The notes beneath the pieces are model-generated. The model was not told the DNA's origin and did no database searches. It saw only the letters and a program-made list of their open reading frames with translations. A stretch of DNA of 64,000 nucleotides from Spirochaetia bacterium (GTDB taxonomy: Bacteria > Spirochaetota > Spirochaetia > DSM-27196 > Salinispiraceae): positions 1-64,000 of the forward strand of contig JBBRCZ010000004.1 in the NCBI GenBank assembly GCA_038204425.1, given 5' to 3'. The translations under genes were made by a program, and so were the position numbers. Of the stretch, positions 1 to 10,404 are shown piece by piece (position 1 is the first letter of the stretch; the number at the start of each line of letters is the position of its first letter).

Positions 1-350
1 TCATCAGTCAGCTTGGTGTTAGTCAGCCACACGTCAATGATCCGGCCGTTTTTATGCCTACGTTTTGTTTCTAAGTTTGGAACCAGCTCTCCACGTTTGA
101 GAGAGTAGAGAAACTGTCGGGCCTGTTCTTGATATTCTAAAGGAACAGTATCCACAATATTCATCCGCAGAGCCTCAGTTTCTGAATAGCCATACATTTT
201 TTCTGCACCCTGGTTCCATGCCAAGATATTGCCATCTAGATCCTGAAAGGTAATTGCATCGTTGGAATCTTTAATAACGGTCGCCATTCGGCGAAACTTT
301 TCTAAAGTTTCAGAAGCAGGATTTTTAAAAATTATTGCTTTTTTTGCCAT
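1..350 (-). CDS. PAS-domain signalling protein (5' part; runs off window edge)
   Basis: Hand translation from ATG at 350: MAKKAIIFKNPASETLEKFRRMATVIKDSNDAITFQDLDGNILAWNQGAEKMYGYSETEALRMNI...ETKRRHKNGRIIDVWLT. Typical PAS/PAC pattern (D.G.I..WN.GAE..YGYS; R..K.G....V). Not in the ORF track because the stop lies outside the window. Confidence 0.85.
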   Translation of the reverse strand, partial: MAKKAIIFKNPASETLEKFRRMATVIKDSNDAITFQDLDGNILAWNQGAEKMYGYSETEALRMNIVDTVPLEYQEQARQFLYSLKRGELVPNLETKRRHKNGRIIDVWLTNTKLTD

Positions 351-739
351 TTTTTTCTCTTTACGCTTGGGAAGTGGATTCTATTCCGTCAATATTATCT
401 ACTATCAAAGCATCTATGCACAGCAGCTTACAGGATACTAGTGCCTTTTAATGCTTAAAGAAACGGACTTTGCCCACAAACAGAGGTATATAGTACTTTT
501 CCGGGAACGCGAGTAAGATTGGCTAACTGTATTAGATCGACCGGGACTGTGCTAACAAGACACCAAAGGAACGTCTGCCTGCAGATCTTGATACTATTTT
601 TTCTTAGCTAAAATCCGTAACACACCATTTTCTTTAGCCAGCTCAAACATAGTACTGCGACTTCATACCTGCTCTTAGAGTCTGTGGTGTTAGAGTTTGG
701 CAATTTTTGGAATGTTAAGGCCGGTAAATCTACCAATCT

Positions 740-950
740 TCAGCTGTTTAGTTCTTTGCCAATTTTAGACAACTCTTCGTAATGAATAACAATGTGGTCG
801 GTCAATACAAAGCTCGGCCTGCTTGGGTCCGACAAATCTGACATAATTGAGGATATTGATGCTTATTGCTGGCTGCAACTTTTTATACTCATCACCTGCA
901 TCAAGCTGTTAAGCATACAGCTTTGACCAGTAGTACAAACTTCTATCGGC
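740..950 (-). pseudogene. Fragment of Rpn-family PD-(D/E)XK nuclease (PDDEXK_2-type)
   Basis: Hand translation ADRSLYYWSKLYA*QLDAGDEYKKLQPAISINILNY, then in another frame PSFVLTDHIVIHYEELSKI. Matches the R..YYW..LY..QL..G..Y..L...I.I.IL and L.D...IH..EL.K pattern. Has an in-frame TAA, a frameshift and no N-terminus. Confidence 0.75.
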
Positions 951-979
951 ACAGTGTCTATTCCTGCGCTGTCTCCTTG
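949..979. repeat. 31-bp direct repeat, copy 1 (copy 2 at 3589..3619)
   Basis: GCACAGTGTCTATTCCTGCGCTGTCTCCTTG is identical at both sites; it extends to 35/36 nt (949..984 vs 3589..3624). Confidence 0.95.
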
Positions 980-1462
980 CCTTGCTCGATTCCTTCATTG
1001 ATCAACATCTGAGCGGTACTCATAATGGCCTCCTTTAGGTAAGTATTCTTGAGATAGCGACTTATTGTCTAAAGCCTTCAACAATTCTTCCATCTGGGTT
1101 GGGGCATACTTAAACGACCACAAAGCTGCATCTACCTGGGGAACTAGTGGTAGCGTCTCTTGGGTCATGGCGTTGGTGTTGGTGTCAAACAATGCTACCG
1201 TAAAGTTGGGCAGATAATGCTCCAGCACTTTTAGCAACTTGAGTGGAAAAAGCTCGCCAAAGGAAGTTTTTATAGCAGACTGGTCGCTGCAGTGTTCTTT
1301 GTGATCCTCGTCTATCCAAGTTCCTTTGTCTATTTCAATGCTGTCCACATCAAACAAGCTCACCACCTCGGGTGGCAATGCACATGACAAGAGAGGCAAA
1401 AGGTTTTCTTTATACGAAAAGAACTCCCTAAAAAAACTGTCGTGCGGATGCTTGATATCCAT
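958..1462 (-). pseudogene. Rpn/YhgA-like (Transposase_31) nuclease, internally deleted and frameshifted
   Basis: N-terminus HPHDSFFREFF...LP...D.DSIEI...TWIDED.KEH.SD is Rpn-like, but the following E-H-K/Q-S catalytic segment is absent. The Rpn-type tail MSTAQMLINEGIEQGK lies in another frame (1023..958). Confidence 0.8.
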
Positions 1463-1575
1463 AGTTCAAAAATAGCTTGTTTTGGCGCAAATTGAAAGGC
1501 CCGATCTTATAGCCACCTCACGGTGGGGGACGCAAAGATAACGTAAAGTGATAGATGTCGTTTTCTAAAAAATTA

Positions 1576-2331
1576 CTACATTCTAAACTCATCATACATT
1601 AGGCCAATTAAGTACCACTGCCCATTGTATTCTTCAAAGAAAAAACGAACCATCTTCCAATCAAATTCAAAGACAGCAGTTTTTAGTGGCTCAAAATAGT
1701 ACTCTACCATGATCGCCTTAGGCATATCGTAAAACAAACTTTCGGGTTCTCGTCCTTTGTTGTATTCAAGATTAACTATAATTTCGTTATAGCCGACCTG
1801 GGTGACTGTCTTAAAATCCCTGAAATAGTATTTGGCAAAAAAGTCCTTTGTCGTCATCATTATTGGTTCTTCGGGATTATTGTAGACACCTCCCCACTTT
1901 ACTTCATCTGGTTCGTTATACTGAATAGATAGTTTACCAGAGTTCAAATGAACATCAGGGTGGGTATAAGAGTACCTATAATTATCAAGGATGATCCACA
2001 TGCCTTTTTGCGGATGTATCATGGCGTCAAGAGCGATAATATCATCATGCGTTAGAGCAGCAGCAACTTGATTAGAACGATCCTCAATAATAACCTGAGC
2101 TTTTTCAGGTGTAATTGACGGTGGCTGTTTGGCCTGCTCAACAAATTCAAGGTATTTTTTTTCCCGCTCTCGCCATACCGGATCAGCAGCATTTCGTGCC
2201 GCTGTTTTAGCTGCATTTTCCCTTGTTTCTTCGTGAGTTAATTCAACCATACTTTTCTGTCTTCCACAGGAAATACAAAGTGTTAATATAAGAATTATCA
2301 ATAAAAAATTAGTTATACGCAATTTTTCCAC
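1576..2331 (-). CDS. Lipoprotein, candidate immunity protein
   Basis: Signal peptide with lipobox-like LCISC; C-terminal VEYYF...DW..VRFFFEEYNGQWYLIG motif; overlaps the 3' end of the amidase-like ORF. The start may be TTG at 2322 (AGGTGG lies upstream of it). Confidence 0.75.
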   Translation of the reverse strand: MEKLRITNFLLIILILTLCISCGRQKSMVELTHEETRENAAKTAARNAADPVWREREKKYLEFVEQAKQPPSITPEKAQVIIEDRSNQVAAALTHDDIIALDAMIHPQKGMWIILDNYRYSYTHPDVHLNSGKLSIQYNEPDEVKWGGVYNNPEEPIMMTTKDFFAKYYFRDFKTVTQVGYNEIIVNLEYNKGREPESLFYDMPKAIMVEYYFEPLKTAVFEFDWKMVRFFFEEYNGQWYLIGLMYDEFRM

Positions 2332-3799
2332 CTTTGAAATATTTAAGCTTAGTATAGTTCGTAACTCTATCTATAAATGTCAGGTAATTTTGGTTATATT
2401 CGTAAGTATGATTGGCATCATAACTATCTTTATTCCAGAATCCGGCATTGGCAGCTCCTTTAAGACGGTTTGCCATACCACTCACCTCAATTGATTCGGT
2501 GTATTTGTCGGGTGCTCCAAAAGGAACACTATTTATAGGGAACAACTCTTGCATCTTTTCGGTTGCGTAAGGGGGCAAACTGGTATCTGCACTTCCACCG
2601 TATCTTCCTCCTGATGTCCATGGCTTTTCACCATAAGGAAGCATTTGTAGCACCTTGCCATCTGGCCCAATAGCAAAGGTTGAATTAGATTTGTGACCTT
2701 CTGCAAAATAGTTTCGGATTGCCTGAGATGATTGCCCTGTATTCATACCATTCCAATGTACAGCTATACCACGCATTTCATTTAAGGATTCGCCACTACG
2801 GGTAAGATTGCCGATACTGAGGAAATCAGAACTTTGATTTAGGGTTTTGTCCACTAAACTGTTGGCATATTCACTCTCAAACATGGTATCAAAAGATTTA
2901 TAATCTATTGGATTAAAGCCAAACAGAGACTTAGCCTGCTCAATTGGATTGTCCCACCGTTCGGGTAACAGCTCGGTTCTCACCAAACTACTATACATGT
3001 TTTCCTTTGAAAATCGTCCCGTTACCGCGAGCTCAAACATTAAACTTGACGGCGCATTTACATAAGCTCTGCTTGTAAGGTTTTTCTTGTCAGCGTCGCC
3101 TGTATTCCATATCCATGTTTCCGGCGAGTTAGCGTCATAGCCTTTGGCGTTTGTATCAGCTTTTAATCTTATAACGGTTATTAACCTGGCAGCTAAATTG
3201 GGATCGGTAATGCTTAATATTTCCTGTAGGCCACCATCCTTGGTAAGTTTCCAAAATGCATCACTGTTGTCATACGCATCTCCCACATAGGCAGCAAAGG
3301 ACTCAGCTCCTTGCATCATCGCTAGCCGATCTCTCGCTAGGTCACTGCGACCCATACCTATCGCCCTAAACATATCTATACCCAGTGCACTTGCCATATT
3401 GGTATGACTAGTTGCTGCTCGTAACAGTTCGCCACTGGTGGTTGTGCCGCCACTGCGCCATGCTTCGTGGGCAAGGTCAATCGCTCCTTCTATGCCGTTG
3501 CTCAGTCCAGCAAGATATATATTGCGACCTCCGCCTTCTACCTTAGCAAAGCCTATGTGTAAGTTATCCATACCACTTCCCAATCGGCGCACAGTGTCTA
3601 TTCCTGCGCTGTCTCCTTGGCTTGTTATGTTTATCTCAAGTCCTACTTGACCCAAGGTTCCTATTAGGTCATCAACTACTTTATATTTGCTCGCATCATA
3701 GCTGGAGTCTCCAGCTGCAACGCCATCAATGCACGCGACTAATGAAGCATAGTTTTTGCTTCCAGAAAATACCATATGACGTTGGACGATTGACAGCAT
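2309..3799 (-). CDS. Orphan C-terminal cassette with Amidase_2-like (N-acetylmuramoyl-L-alanine amidase) domain; possibly truncated
   Basis: RGIAVHWN...AIRNYF...FAIGPDGKVLQMLPYGEKPW.SG...SIEV follows the Amidase_2 pattern. No signal peptide; the distal His/Cys(Asp) Zn ligands are not obvious. Confidence 0.6.
   Translation of the reverse strand: MLSIVQRHMVFSGSKNYASLVACIDGVAAGDSSYDASKYKVVDDLIGTLGQVGLEINITSQGDSAGIDTVRRLGSGMDNLHIGFAKVEGGGRNIYLAGLSNGIEGAIDLAHEAWRSGGTTTSGELLRAATSHTNMASALGIDMFRAIGMGRSDLARDRLAMMQGAESFAAYVGDAYDNSDAFWKLTKDGGLQEILSITDPNLAARLITVIRLKADTNAKGYDANSPETWIWNTGDADKKNLTSRAYVNAPSSLMFELAVTGRFSKENMYSSLVRTELLPERWDNPIEQAKSLFGFNPIDYKSFDTMFESEYANSLVDKTLNQSSDFLSIGNLTRSGESLNEMRGIAVHWNGMNTGQSSQAIRNYFAEGHKSNSTFAIGPDGKVLQMLPYGEKPWTSGGRYGGSADTSLPPYATEKMQELFPINSVPFGAPDKYTESIEVSGMANRLKGAANAGFWNKDSYDANHTYEYNQNYLTFIDRVTNYTKLKYFKGGKIAYN
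3589..3619. repeat. 31-bp direct repeat, copy 2
   Basis: Identical to 949..979; here it encodes QGDSAGIDTV of the 2309..3799 ORF. Confidence 0.95.
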
Positions 3800-3841
3800 T
3801 TTTATGAATTACTATATTTTATAGCCGTTAAAACCAGGTAT

Positions 3842-5429
3842 TTGCCTTCTGCAGTCACCTCTATCACCACTAGCATTCCATTAGGGTCCGCCAGCGCTCC
3901 AACTGTTTCTTTATCTGCAGGTTCTTATAGTGATGTCAGATCTGCAACACTTAGCATTTTAATCGCAGGCGCGAGCATTAAAGACGAGCTTGATCCTTCA
4001 ACAATAGTTTCAAAAACATACACTATCACGGTTGCTGCGCTGGTTGGCGATATAGCAGTTGGGACTTACTCAAGTGCGCAACTGGTAGCTCTTTCGACGG
4101 CTACGGCTGGCGCACAGATTCGCTACACACTTGACGGTACAACGCACAATACAGTGTCCAGCCAATAGTATGAAAATGCACTAACTATTGATCAAAACAC
4201 CACACTCAAGGCGATTGCCTTTAAGCCTGGATTAAGTTCGAGCAGCATTCGATACACCATAGATGGGAGCACTCCTACTTCTAGTAGTGGCATTGTTTAT
4301 GTCAGTTTTATAGTACTGGACTCCAAAGTCAAAAATGCTCTTAAAGCTGTTGCGTACAAAACAAACTGGAGTATATCCAGCGTACTATCTGTAAACTATA
4401 CCGTCCATTTTCCGTCCACAAGAATCTTTAAGGCACAAAGAGCAACCAACCAAACTTGGTACGATGCTCCAAGCACCAAAAAAGGAGAAAGCGCTAAAGC
4501 TGTCGTTTATGTTGAAGACACCCAGTCAGTCAGTGAGACTGTTGCTCAAGAAATCGCTGATGAGTTTAATGACAACATACATGGCTTAATTGCCAGCAAC
4601 TTTGGCAACGAGTCCGACCTTGATAACAACAGCAAAGTGATAATTTTGTCGCTAAATATTGTTGACGGATACACTGGATCTGGTGGATATGTTGCAGGCT
4701 ATTTTGACCCAACTCATTTGGCCAAACTACAACTCAACAAGATGTTTGGATCAATGAGGGCCTTTCGACGGGCGCCGAGTACTTGTACCAAGGCTCCCTG
4801 ATAGCAAGTCGCATTGACTGGTACAACGCCGATCCACTCGACACCATTGTTTATGGCAATAATTTCTAGGTATGGGAGGGCTACTGGGAAAATGACGCTA
4901 GCGACGTGGATCAGTTATCTAACTATTCAACTGCTTATCTGTTTTTTCAATGGCTTCGAACTCTCTCGAGTGACGGGGCTTTTAACTCATGGTCTAATCT
5001 CTTGAGCAATTGGGTGATCGCCAATATGCGCAACGCACCGTCAGGCTATCAAGGTTATTTGGGAGAGATTGCCATTACTGCTTGGACACTTAATAATACG
5101 GCAGCAACAAACTGGGGTTTCTCCTCTGGCGAAGGCTTTATGGCGGCAACGGACTTAACATCAAATACACCGGCTTAAATCTGGCAACTGGTGCCAATGA
5201 CATTGCAAGTCCTCATCTTGGTGACGTAGTCTTAGTATACCATTCCAATACAGTTATTGTTTCTGGCGACCAAATTGGTAGACTACCAGCGGTTCAAAAT
5301 CCGCCTGTCCTCTCAATCCGCAGCAGTCTCGCCGGACCCGCACTTAATCGCTTGCCTATCAGCTATCCGATTGACAGTAATTTGAAGGCCGAGACTGGCA
5401 TATTCAGAAAGACTGGTACGCTCTCGTAG
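3842..5429 (+). pseudogene. Fragmented surface protease: CHB_HEX_C/Fn3-associated repeats plus M30-like zinc peptidase
   Basis: Reads IRYTLDGT, TLKAIAFKPG, IRYTIDGSTP, then FGNESDLDNNSKVIIL...GGYVAGYFDP, a frameshift, then WINEGLSTGAEYLY and NYSTAYLFFQWLR. TAG stops at 4166-4168 and 4867-4869; the HExxH segment is missing near 4720; the last fragment ends at TAG 5427-5429. Confidence 0.8.
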
Positions 5430-5601
5430 GCCAGTATGAGCAAAAAACAGTTTCCGTGTGCGCTAAAGTCACCGTGCGTGCACTCACCCGAGCAGATTCT
5501 TTTGAAACAAGCCACAGTACGAGCTGAGCGACCTGCAAATTGTAGACTAAGACACCTTACCGTTGTAGTCTCACATCTAGCTCAAAAACTAGGAGCAGGC
5601 A

Positions 5602-6759
5602 ATGGCAGGACTCAGCGCGGACAATCCGCTTAGAAACGTTTTTAACCCGCAGAATGTTGAGGCTTTGGCCAATAGGCTTAAGCAGGCTTGGCCAGCTTTT
5701 GACAAAGCGCAGTTTATACTTAGCTGCCTGGAAGCATGGCAGGAGCTTAGCTTTAGCCATCGCTCCAAGCGAATTTGCGCAACACTCGAAGCGCAGCTGC
5801 CCAAAGATTTTGAGTCGGCTGCACGTTTGCTGATAGACTGCTTGGGGCCAGAGCTCGCCAACGATGCGCTAGCAAGTTTGGACAGTTTTATTGTTATGCC
5901 ACAATGTCTGTTTATTACCCGCAATGGGCACAATCACTTTGGGCTTTCGCTTGAGGCGCTTTACCAAATGACCAAGCGTTTTAGTGCAGAAGGTGACTTA
6001 CGTGTGCTCTTGGGCTGGAACTACCAGGTTTGCATGGCAGCACTCGACCGCTGGACCCAAGACCCCAATGCTCATGTGCGTAGGCTTGTCTCAGAAGGCA
6101 CTCGACCGCGCCTGCCCCTGGCTGCTCGTATACAAAAATTTGTGGATGACCCGCTGCCAGTGCTTGGACTGCTAGAAAAACTCAAGGCCGACCCATCACT
6201 CTATGTTCGTCGTTCGGTTGCAAACAACCTCAACGATATTGCCAAGGATCACCCAGATTTGGCATGTGCGACGCTCGTCCGTTGGGCAGCCGAGGCAAGC
6301 TCCGATACGCAATGGTTGGTGCGCCATGCTGCTCGTACACTCATAAAACGTGGCCATCCAAGCGCTTTGATCCTGATGGGTTTTAGCCCACAGAGTTCTT
6401 TTGTTGCTAGCGACCTGAGCCTGAGTCCGAGCACCGTCGCCATTGGCGATAGTGCCACAATCAGCATGAAGCTAAGCAATATCGATGATCATGACGCCCG
6501 TTATTCTATTGACTATCAAATAGTTAAGGCCAGTGAGACTAGTCGCACCACGGTAGACAAAGCCAAGGTTTTTAAGGGCAAAGCGCTGAGTTTGCACATG
6601 GCAGACTCGACAGTTTTTGTCAAAGCCCATAGCTTTCGCAACACTGCCGGCCGCCGCTACAAAGAAGGCAACTACTCCCTGCGCGTTCTGGTCAACGGTA
6701 AGCTGGCAGCCCAATGTTTGGTCTCGCTTGTGTCTGCAGTTATTCTAGGACAAACTTAG
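5602..6759 (+). CDS. DNA alkylation repair protein, AlkC-like HEAT-repeat glycosylase with C-terminal Ig-like domain
   Basis: [46 protein letters not shown]-terminal ...RRY..G......VNG; AGGAG RBS upstream. Confidence 0.85.
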   Translation: MAGLSADNPLRNVFNPQNVEALANRLKQAWPAFDKAQFILSCLEAWQELSFSHRSKRICATLEAQLPKDFESAARLLIDCLGPELANDALASLDSFIVMPQCLFITRNGHNHFGLSLEALYQMTKRFSAEGDLRVLLGWNYQVCMAALDRWTQDPNAHVRRLVSEGTRPRLPLAARIQKFVDDPLPVLGLLEKLKADPSLYVRRSVANNLNDIAKDHPDLACATLVRWAAEASSDTQWLVRHAARTLIKRGHPSALILMGFSPQSSFVASDLSLSPSTVAIGDSATISMKLSNIDDHDARYSIDYQIVKASETSRTTVDKAKVFKGKALSLHMADSTVFVKAHSFRNTAGRRYKEGNYSLRVLVNGKLAAQCLVSLVSAVILGQT

Positions 6760-8554
6760 CAACTTCGGCTTCGACGGCTTGGATCCCCGATTGTGTGCTG
6801 GCTACCAGTCCCGAAACTTTACTTGTGGCGCTGACTATTTCGGCGGTACCGTGGCTCATCTCGTCCATGTTGCCGGTTAGCTCGCGGGTGATAGTTACCA
6901 GTCGGCCCATCTTTTCTAAAACACTCTTGCTGCCAAAGTTCATTTCGGTTGATCCACTGCGAACTTCGTCAGTGAGTCGATTAATTTGGTTAAACGATTC
7001 CATAACCTGATTGTTTCCAATACTTTGTTCGTCCATGGCGGTCTGGATTTGCGTCTGCAAGTTGATGACATCGTCAATGGCTGTTTTGACCAAGTCAAAG
7101 GATTGACCGGCTTCTTCTGAGCTGCTAACCACGGCATCTATCGATTTCTTAAGTCCCTTGAGCACTTGCGAGATAGATTTAGATTGGGTAGATGCGCTCT
7201 CTGCAAGTTTGCGAATTTCGTCGGCGACTACCGCAAATCCCCTTCCTGCGTCGCCAGCATGGGCCGCTTCAATTGCGGCATTCATGGCCAGTAAGTTGGT
7301 CTGCGAGGCTATATTGGTAATGACGGCGTTGGCCTGAGACATGCCTTCTGATTGTCGCGCAATGTCCATGACCTTGCTGGTTACGTCGCTTATCTTGGTG
7401 TAACCGGCCTCTGAGGATGTCTTGAGTTTGTTAAACTGTTCCATGCTTTTGCCCAAGCCGTTGGTAACTGACTGAACATTGGCTATCATCTCTTCGACTG
7501 AGGCCGAACTCATCTCTAAGCTGCTGGCTTGCTTTTCTATAATGTCGTTGAGGCTTTCGATGTTGCCAACTATCTGTTCTATGGTGGCTGAAACGTCGCT
7601 TACCTCTGTGGACTGATCTTGAATTTTGGCTTTGACGCTACCGATATTGGTGTTTATCTGACTGACGGCGGCCGAACTGGCCGCTACACTTGCAGTTAAG
7701 CCATCACCTGTGTCCGCCAATCCTTTGGTAGAGGTCTTGATGGTAGAAATTATGTCTCTTAAACTGCCAACAAAGAGGTTAAAGTCTTTGGCTAGACTGC
7801 CAACTTCGTCGCTGGACTTGTTAAGCAAGGTCTTAGTCAGGTCGCCTTCGCCGCGGGCGATCTCGGCTAATGCTTGACCCAAGTTGCGCAATGGTTTGAT
7901 GGCTCTCACCGACCAAAAAAAGAGTGCACTGCTGAGCAATAAGGCACTGGCACACAAGGCCATCATAAAAAGCTGAAATCCTTCAGCTATAGCGCGGGCA
8001 GTGTCGGCCTCTAGGTTACTTCGCGCTTCTTGTAGATCAATAAAAGCATTTATTGTTGCCAACCAGACTACAAAGGCCGGCCTTGCGCTATTTAACAAAA
8101 CATACTTGGCAGTTTCAAAGTCGGCTTCTTTGCATAAAGCAATTATACGGTCTACCAAAGGAAGGGTTCTTTTTTCGGCATCTTTGATGGCAGCCAGTAG
8201 TTTTCGTTGCTCTTGATCCTTGCCATCGCTGTCATTTTTCTCTAACAACGCGTCGAGTTTCTGCGCAGAGTCCTGATAGAAGCTTGCCAGACCTTCGGTG
8301 TCCTTAATGACTTCGTCTACTTCTGCGTCGTTAGTAAACAAGACCATGTCACGGACATTGATAGACCTATCGTGAACACTGCCTCTAAAGTTGATTACAT
8401 AGCGCTGCTTCACACTATTTACATCGTTAATGACAGTAAGCCCCTGATTTATTTGGTTAACTTGAATTATGCCAATCACCGTTAGGGCGACCATTAATGT
8501 CAACACCGTCAAAAACCCCATTGCTATCTTGCTGCGAATTGTTATACTGCCCAT
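6740..8554 (-). CDS. Methyl-accepting chemotaxis protein (two TM, 4-helix-bundle sensor, HAMP)
   Basis: [38 protein letters not shown] signature; HAMP GEGDLT...DEVG.LA..FN. Start moved to ATG 8554 (ORF track gives 8590). Confidence 0.95.
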   Translation of the reverse strand: MGSITIRSKIAMGFLTVLTLMVALTVIGIIQVNQINQGLTVINDVNSVKQRYVINFRGSVHDRSINVRDMVLFTNDAEVDEVIKDTEGLASFYQDSAQKLDALLEKNDSDGKDQEQRKLLAAIKDAEKRTLPLVDRIIALCKEADFETAKYVLLNSARPAFVVWLATINAFIDLQEARSNLEADTARAIAEGFQLFMMALCASALLLSSALFFWSVRAIKPLRNLGQALAEIARGEGDLTKTLLNKSSDEVGSLAKDFNLFVGSLRDIISTIKTSTKGLADTGDGLTASVAASSAAVSQINTNIGSVKAKIQDQSTEVSDVSATIEQIVGNIESLNDIIEKQASSLEMSSASVEEMIANVQSVTNGLGKSMEQFNKLKTSSEAGYTKISDVTSKVMDIARQSEGMSQANAVITNIASQTNLLAMNAAIEAAHAGDAGRGFAVVADEIRKLAESASTQSKSISQVLKGLKKSIDAVVSSSEEAGQSFDLVKTAIDDVINLQTQIQTAMDEQSIGNNQVMESFNQINRLTDEVRSGSTEMNFGSKSVLEKMGRLVTITRELTGNMDEMSHGTAEIVSATSKVSGLVASTQSGIQAVEAEVAKFVLE

Positions 8555-8635
8555 TCCCCTGCCCTCACCTGCCTCAAAGTATCGTGCCAAATTTAGTTTA
8601 GGCCATCATGTGTTGACAAGCAATCATTCTTTGAC

Positions 8636-9304
8636 CTAGTCATCGATATTGATAAAAATACCAAGCATGGCCGACATGGCAAGTGTAAGCTTGCGTCCTG
8701 CCAAGTCAAGAGTTACTAAGCCGCTCAACTCGCTACGCCTTAAGAGCGTGAGGCGCGTGCCAGGTACCAAACCCTCGTCTTTGTAGTAAGATAGGATGGT
8801 TTTTCCTCCCTCTACGCGAGAAATGCAGGCACGTTGCCCTTCGGCTAAAATCGAAAATGCGCAGTCATCTGTCCGCAGTTGGCTTTGAAATTTGGCGGGG
8901 ATCAGATCCCCGTGGGGGTCGCGGTCGGGGTGCTCCAAATAGGCATCGATGCAGTCAATTAGCTTTTCAGAAACAGCATGCTCGAGATTTTCGGCTTCGT
9001 CGTGGACCTCCGTCCAATCCAGATTGAGCGTTTTGGCCAAAAATAGTTCCAACAATCGATGACGCCGTATAATGCGGATGCCAAACAATCTTCCCTGCTC
9101 GGTCAACTGGCAACCCTGATGAGACTGATAGGTCAAATAGCCGTCTTTCTCCAGCTTCTTTGCCATACTGGTAGCTGTTCCTGGAGTAACACCCATCAAG
9201 CGAGCAATTTCACCGGTGCTTAGACTGTCGCGACCAGTCTTGGCTAAGTCTTTTACCAAGACTTTGAGATAATTCTCTGTAGTAAATTCACTTAGCATTG
9301 ACAT
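8636..9304 (-). CDS. troR: DtxR/MntR-family metal-dependent repressor TroR with C-terminal FeoA/SH3-like domain
   Basis: ENYLK, IRRHRLLELFL, VHDEAENLEHAVS, DPHGDLIP; last gene of the tro operon. Confidence 0.9.
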   Translation of the reverse strand: MSMLSEFTTENYLKVLVKDLAKTGRDSLSTGEIARLMGVTPGTATSMAKKLEKDGYLTYQSHQGCQLTEQGRLFGIRIIRRHRLLELFLAKTLNLDWTEVHDEAENLEHAVSEKLIDCIDAYLEHPDRDPHGDLIPAKFQSQLRTDDCAFSILAEGQRACISRVEGGKTILSYYKDEGLVPGTRLTLLRRSELSGLVTLDLAGRKLTLAMSAMLGIFINIDD

Positions 9305-9306
9305 AC

Positions 9307-10404
9307 CTAGTACTCCATCGCTTCTCGAGCGCCGTCACGGCCTTGACGGCTCAAAACCATCATGGTACCGACGATTTCAATTAGGCCTCGGTCGAGGGAG
9401 CGCTTGACTACCTTGCGCGCAAAGCCTTGGCTCCAGTTGATATGCTCTGTCAAATGCTCAGGTCGACATTCGTCAATAGCTTCAACGTTACCTTCGTGGT
9501 GCAGGATGTGAACCAAGAGCATCTTTATGGCAAACTCAGTTTTGGTTCTCCACGTGCCAAAGATGCGACTGAGGAGTCCTCGTTTGGGAGAAAACAAGAA
9601 GGCCAACAAAAAGGCGCATCCAGTCATGGTTGCCATCGAGCCCGCGATACTTAAATCCAAGCTGTGGGCAACAAAAAATCCTGCGACGCTCGACACCACA
9701 CCAATCGCTACTGCAGTGACCAACATGGTTGAGAGTCGGTCGGTCAAAAGCAAAGCCGCCGCCGCGGGGGCGATTACAAAGGCCACAACCAAGATCGACC
9801 CTACTGAGTCAAAGGCGCCAACCGTGGTAATGCTAACAACCAGCATCAAGCCGTAATGCAGCAAAACCGGTCTAAAACCCAGACTCTGGGCCATGCCACC
9901 ATCAAAAGTAGCCAGCTTGAGTTCCTTGTAGAAACAGGTCACCAAGACCAGGTTGACCAACAAAATTACGCTCATCCAGACCAAACTCTTGGCAAGACTT
10001 AAACCAAAAAAGTTGACGCGATCCAATGGTGCAAATACAAGCTCGCCCAAGAGTACCGCGTCGGTATCCACGTGTATATTGCCAGCATAGAGCGAAACCA
10101 AAATGACACCGACACTAAACATGGCAGGAAAAACCATACCTATGGCAGCATCTGACTTGAGTAGTTTGCTGCGATACAAAAGCTCAGTCAAAACCACCGT
10201 AATCATGCTGGCAACGACCGCGCCAACAAGTGGCAACGGCGACTCAAGACTTCCTGCCAAAAAAAAGCCTATCACTATACCTGGCAAAACGGAGTGGCTA
10301 ATAGCATCACTCATCAGCGACATACGTCTCAACACTAAAAAAACACCGGGGATTGCACAGGCCGCAGCAACTAAGGCAGCGATAACAATTATTTCCAAAC
10401 TCAT
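9307..10404 (-). CDS. troD: Mn/Zn/Fe ABC transporter permease TroD
   Basis: LRRMSLMSDAISHSVLPG, YKELKLATFD; soluble C-terminal extension; operon position. Confidence 0.88.
   Translation of the reverse strand: MSLEIIVIAALVAAACAIPGVFLVLRRMSLMSDAISHSVLPGIVIGFFLAGSLESPLPLVGAVVASMITVVLTELLYRSKLLKSDAAIGMVFPAMFSVGVILVSLYAGNIHVDTDAVLLGELVFAPLDRVNFFGLSLAKSLVWMSVILLVNLVLVTCFYKELKLATFDGGMAQSLGFRPVLLHYGLMLVVSITTVGAFDSVGSILVVAFVIAPAAAALLLTDRLSTMLVTAVAIGVVSSVAGFFVAHSLDLSIAGSMATMTGCAFLLAFLFSPKRGLLSRIFGTWRTKTEFAIKMLLVHILHHEGNVEAIDECRPEHLTEHINWSQGFARKVVKRSLDRGLIEIVGTMMVLSRQGRDGAREAMEY

Noticed and set aside
1513..1540. CCACC-TCAC-GGTGG-GG-GACGCAAAG resembling part of a c-di-GMP-I riboswitch
   Set aside because: No GNRA tetraloop, no upstream GCAAA element or second stem, and antisense to the flanking genes.
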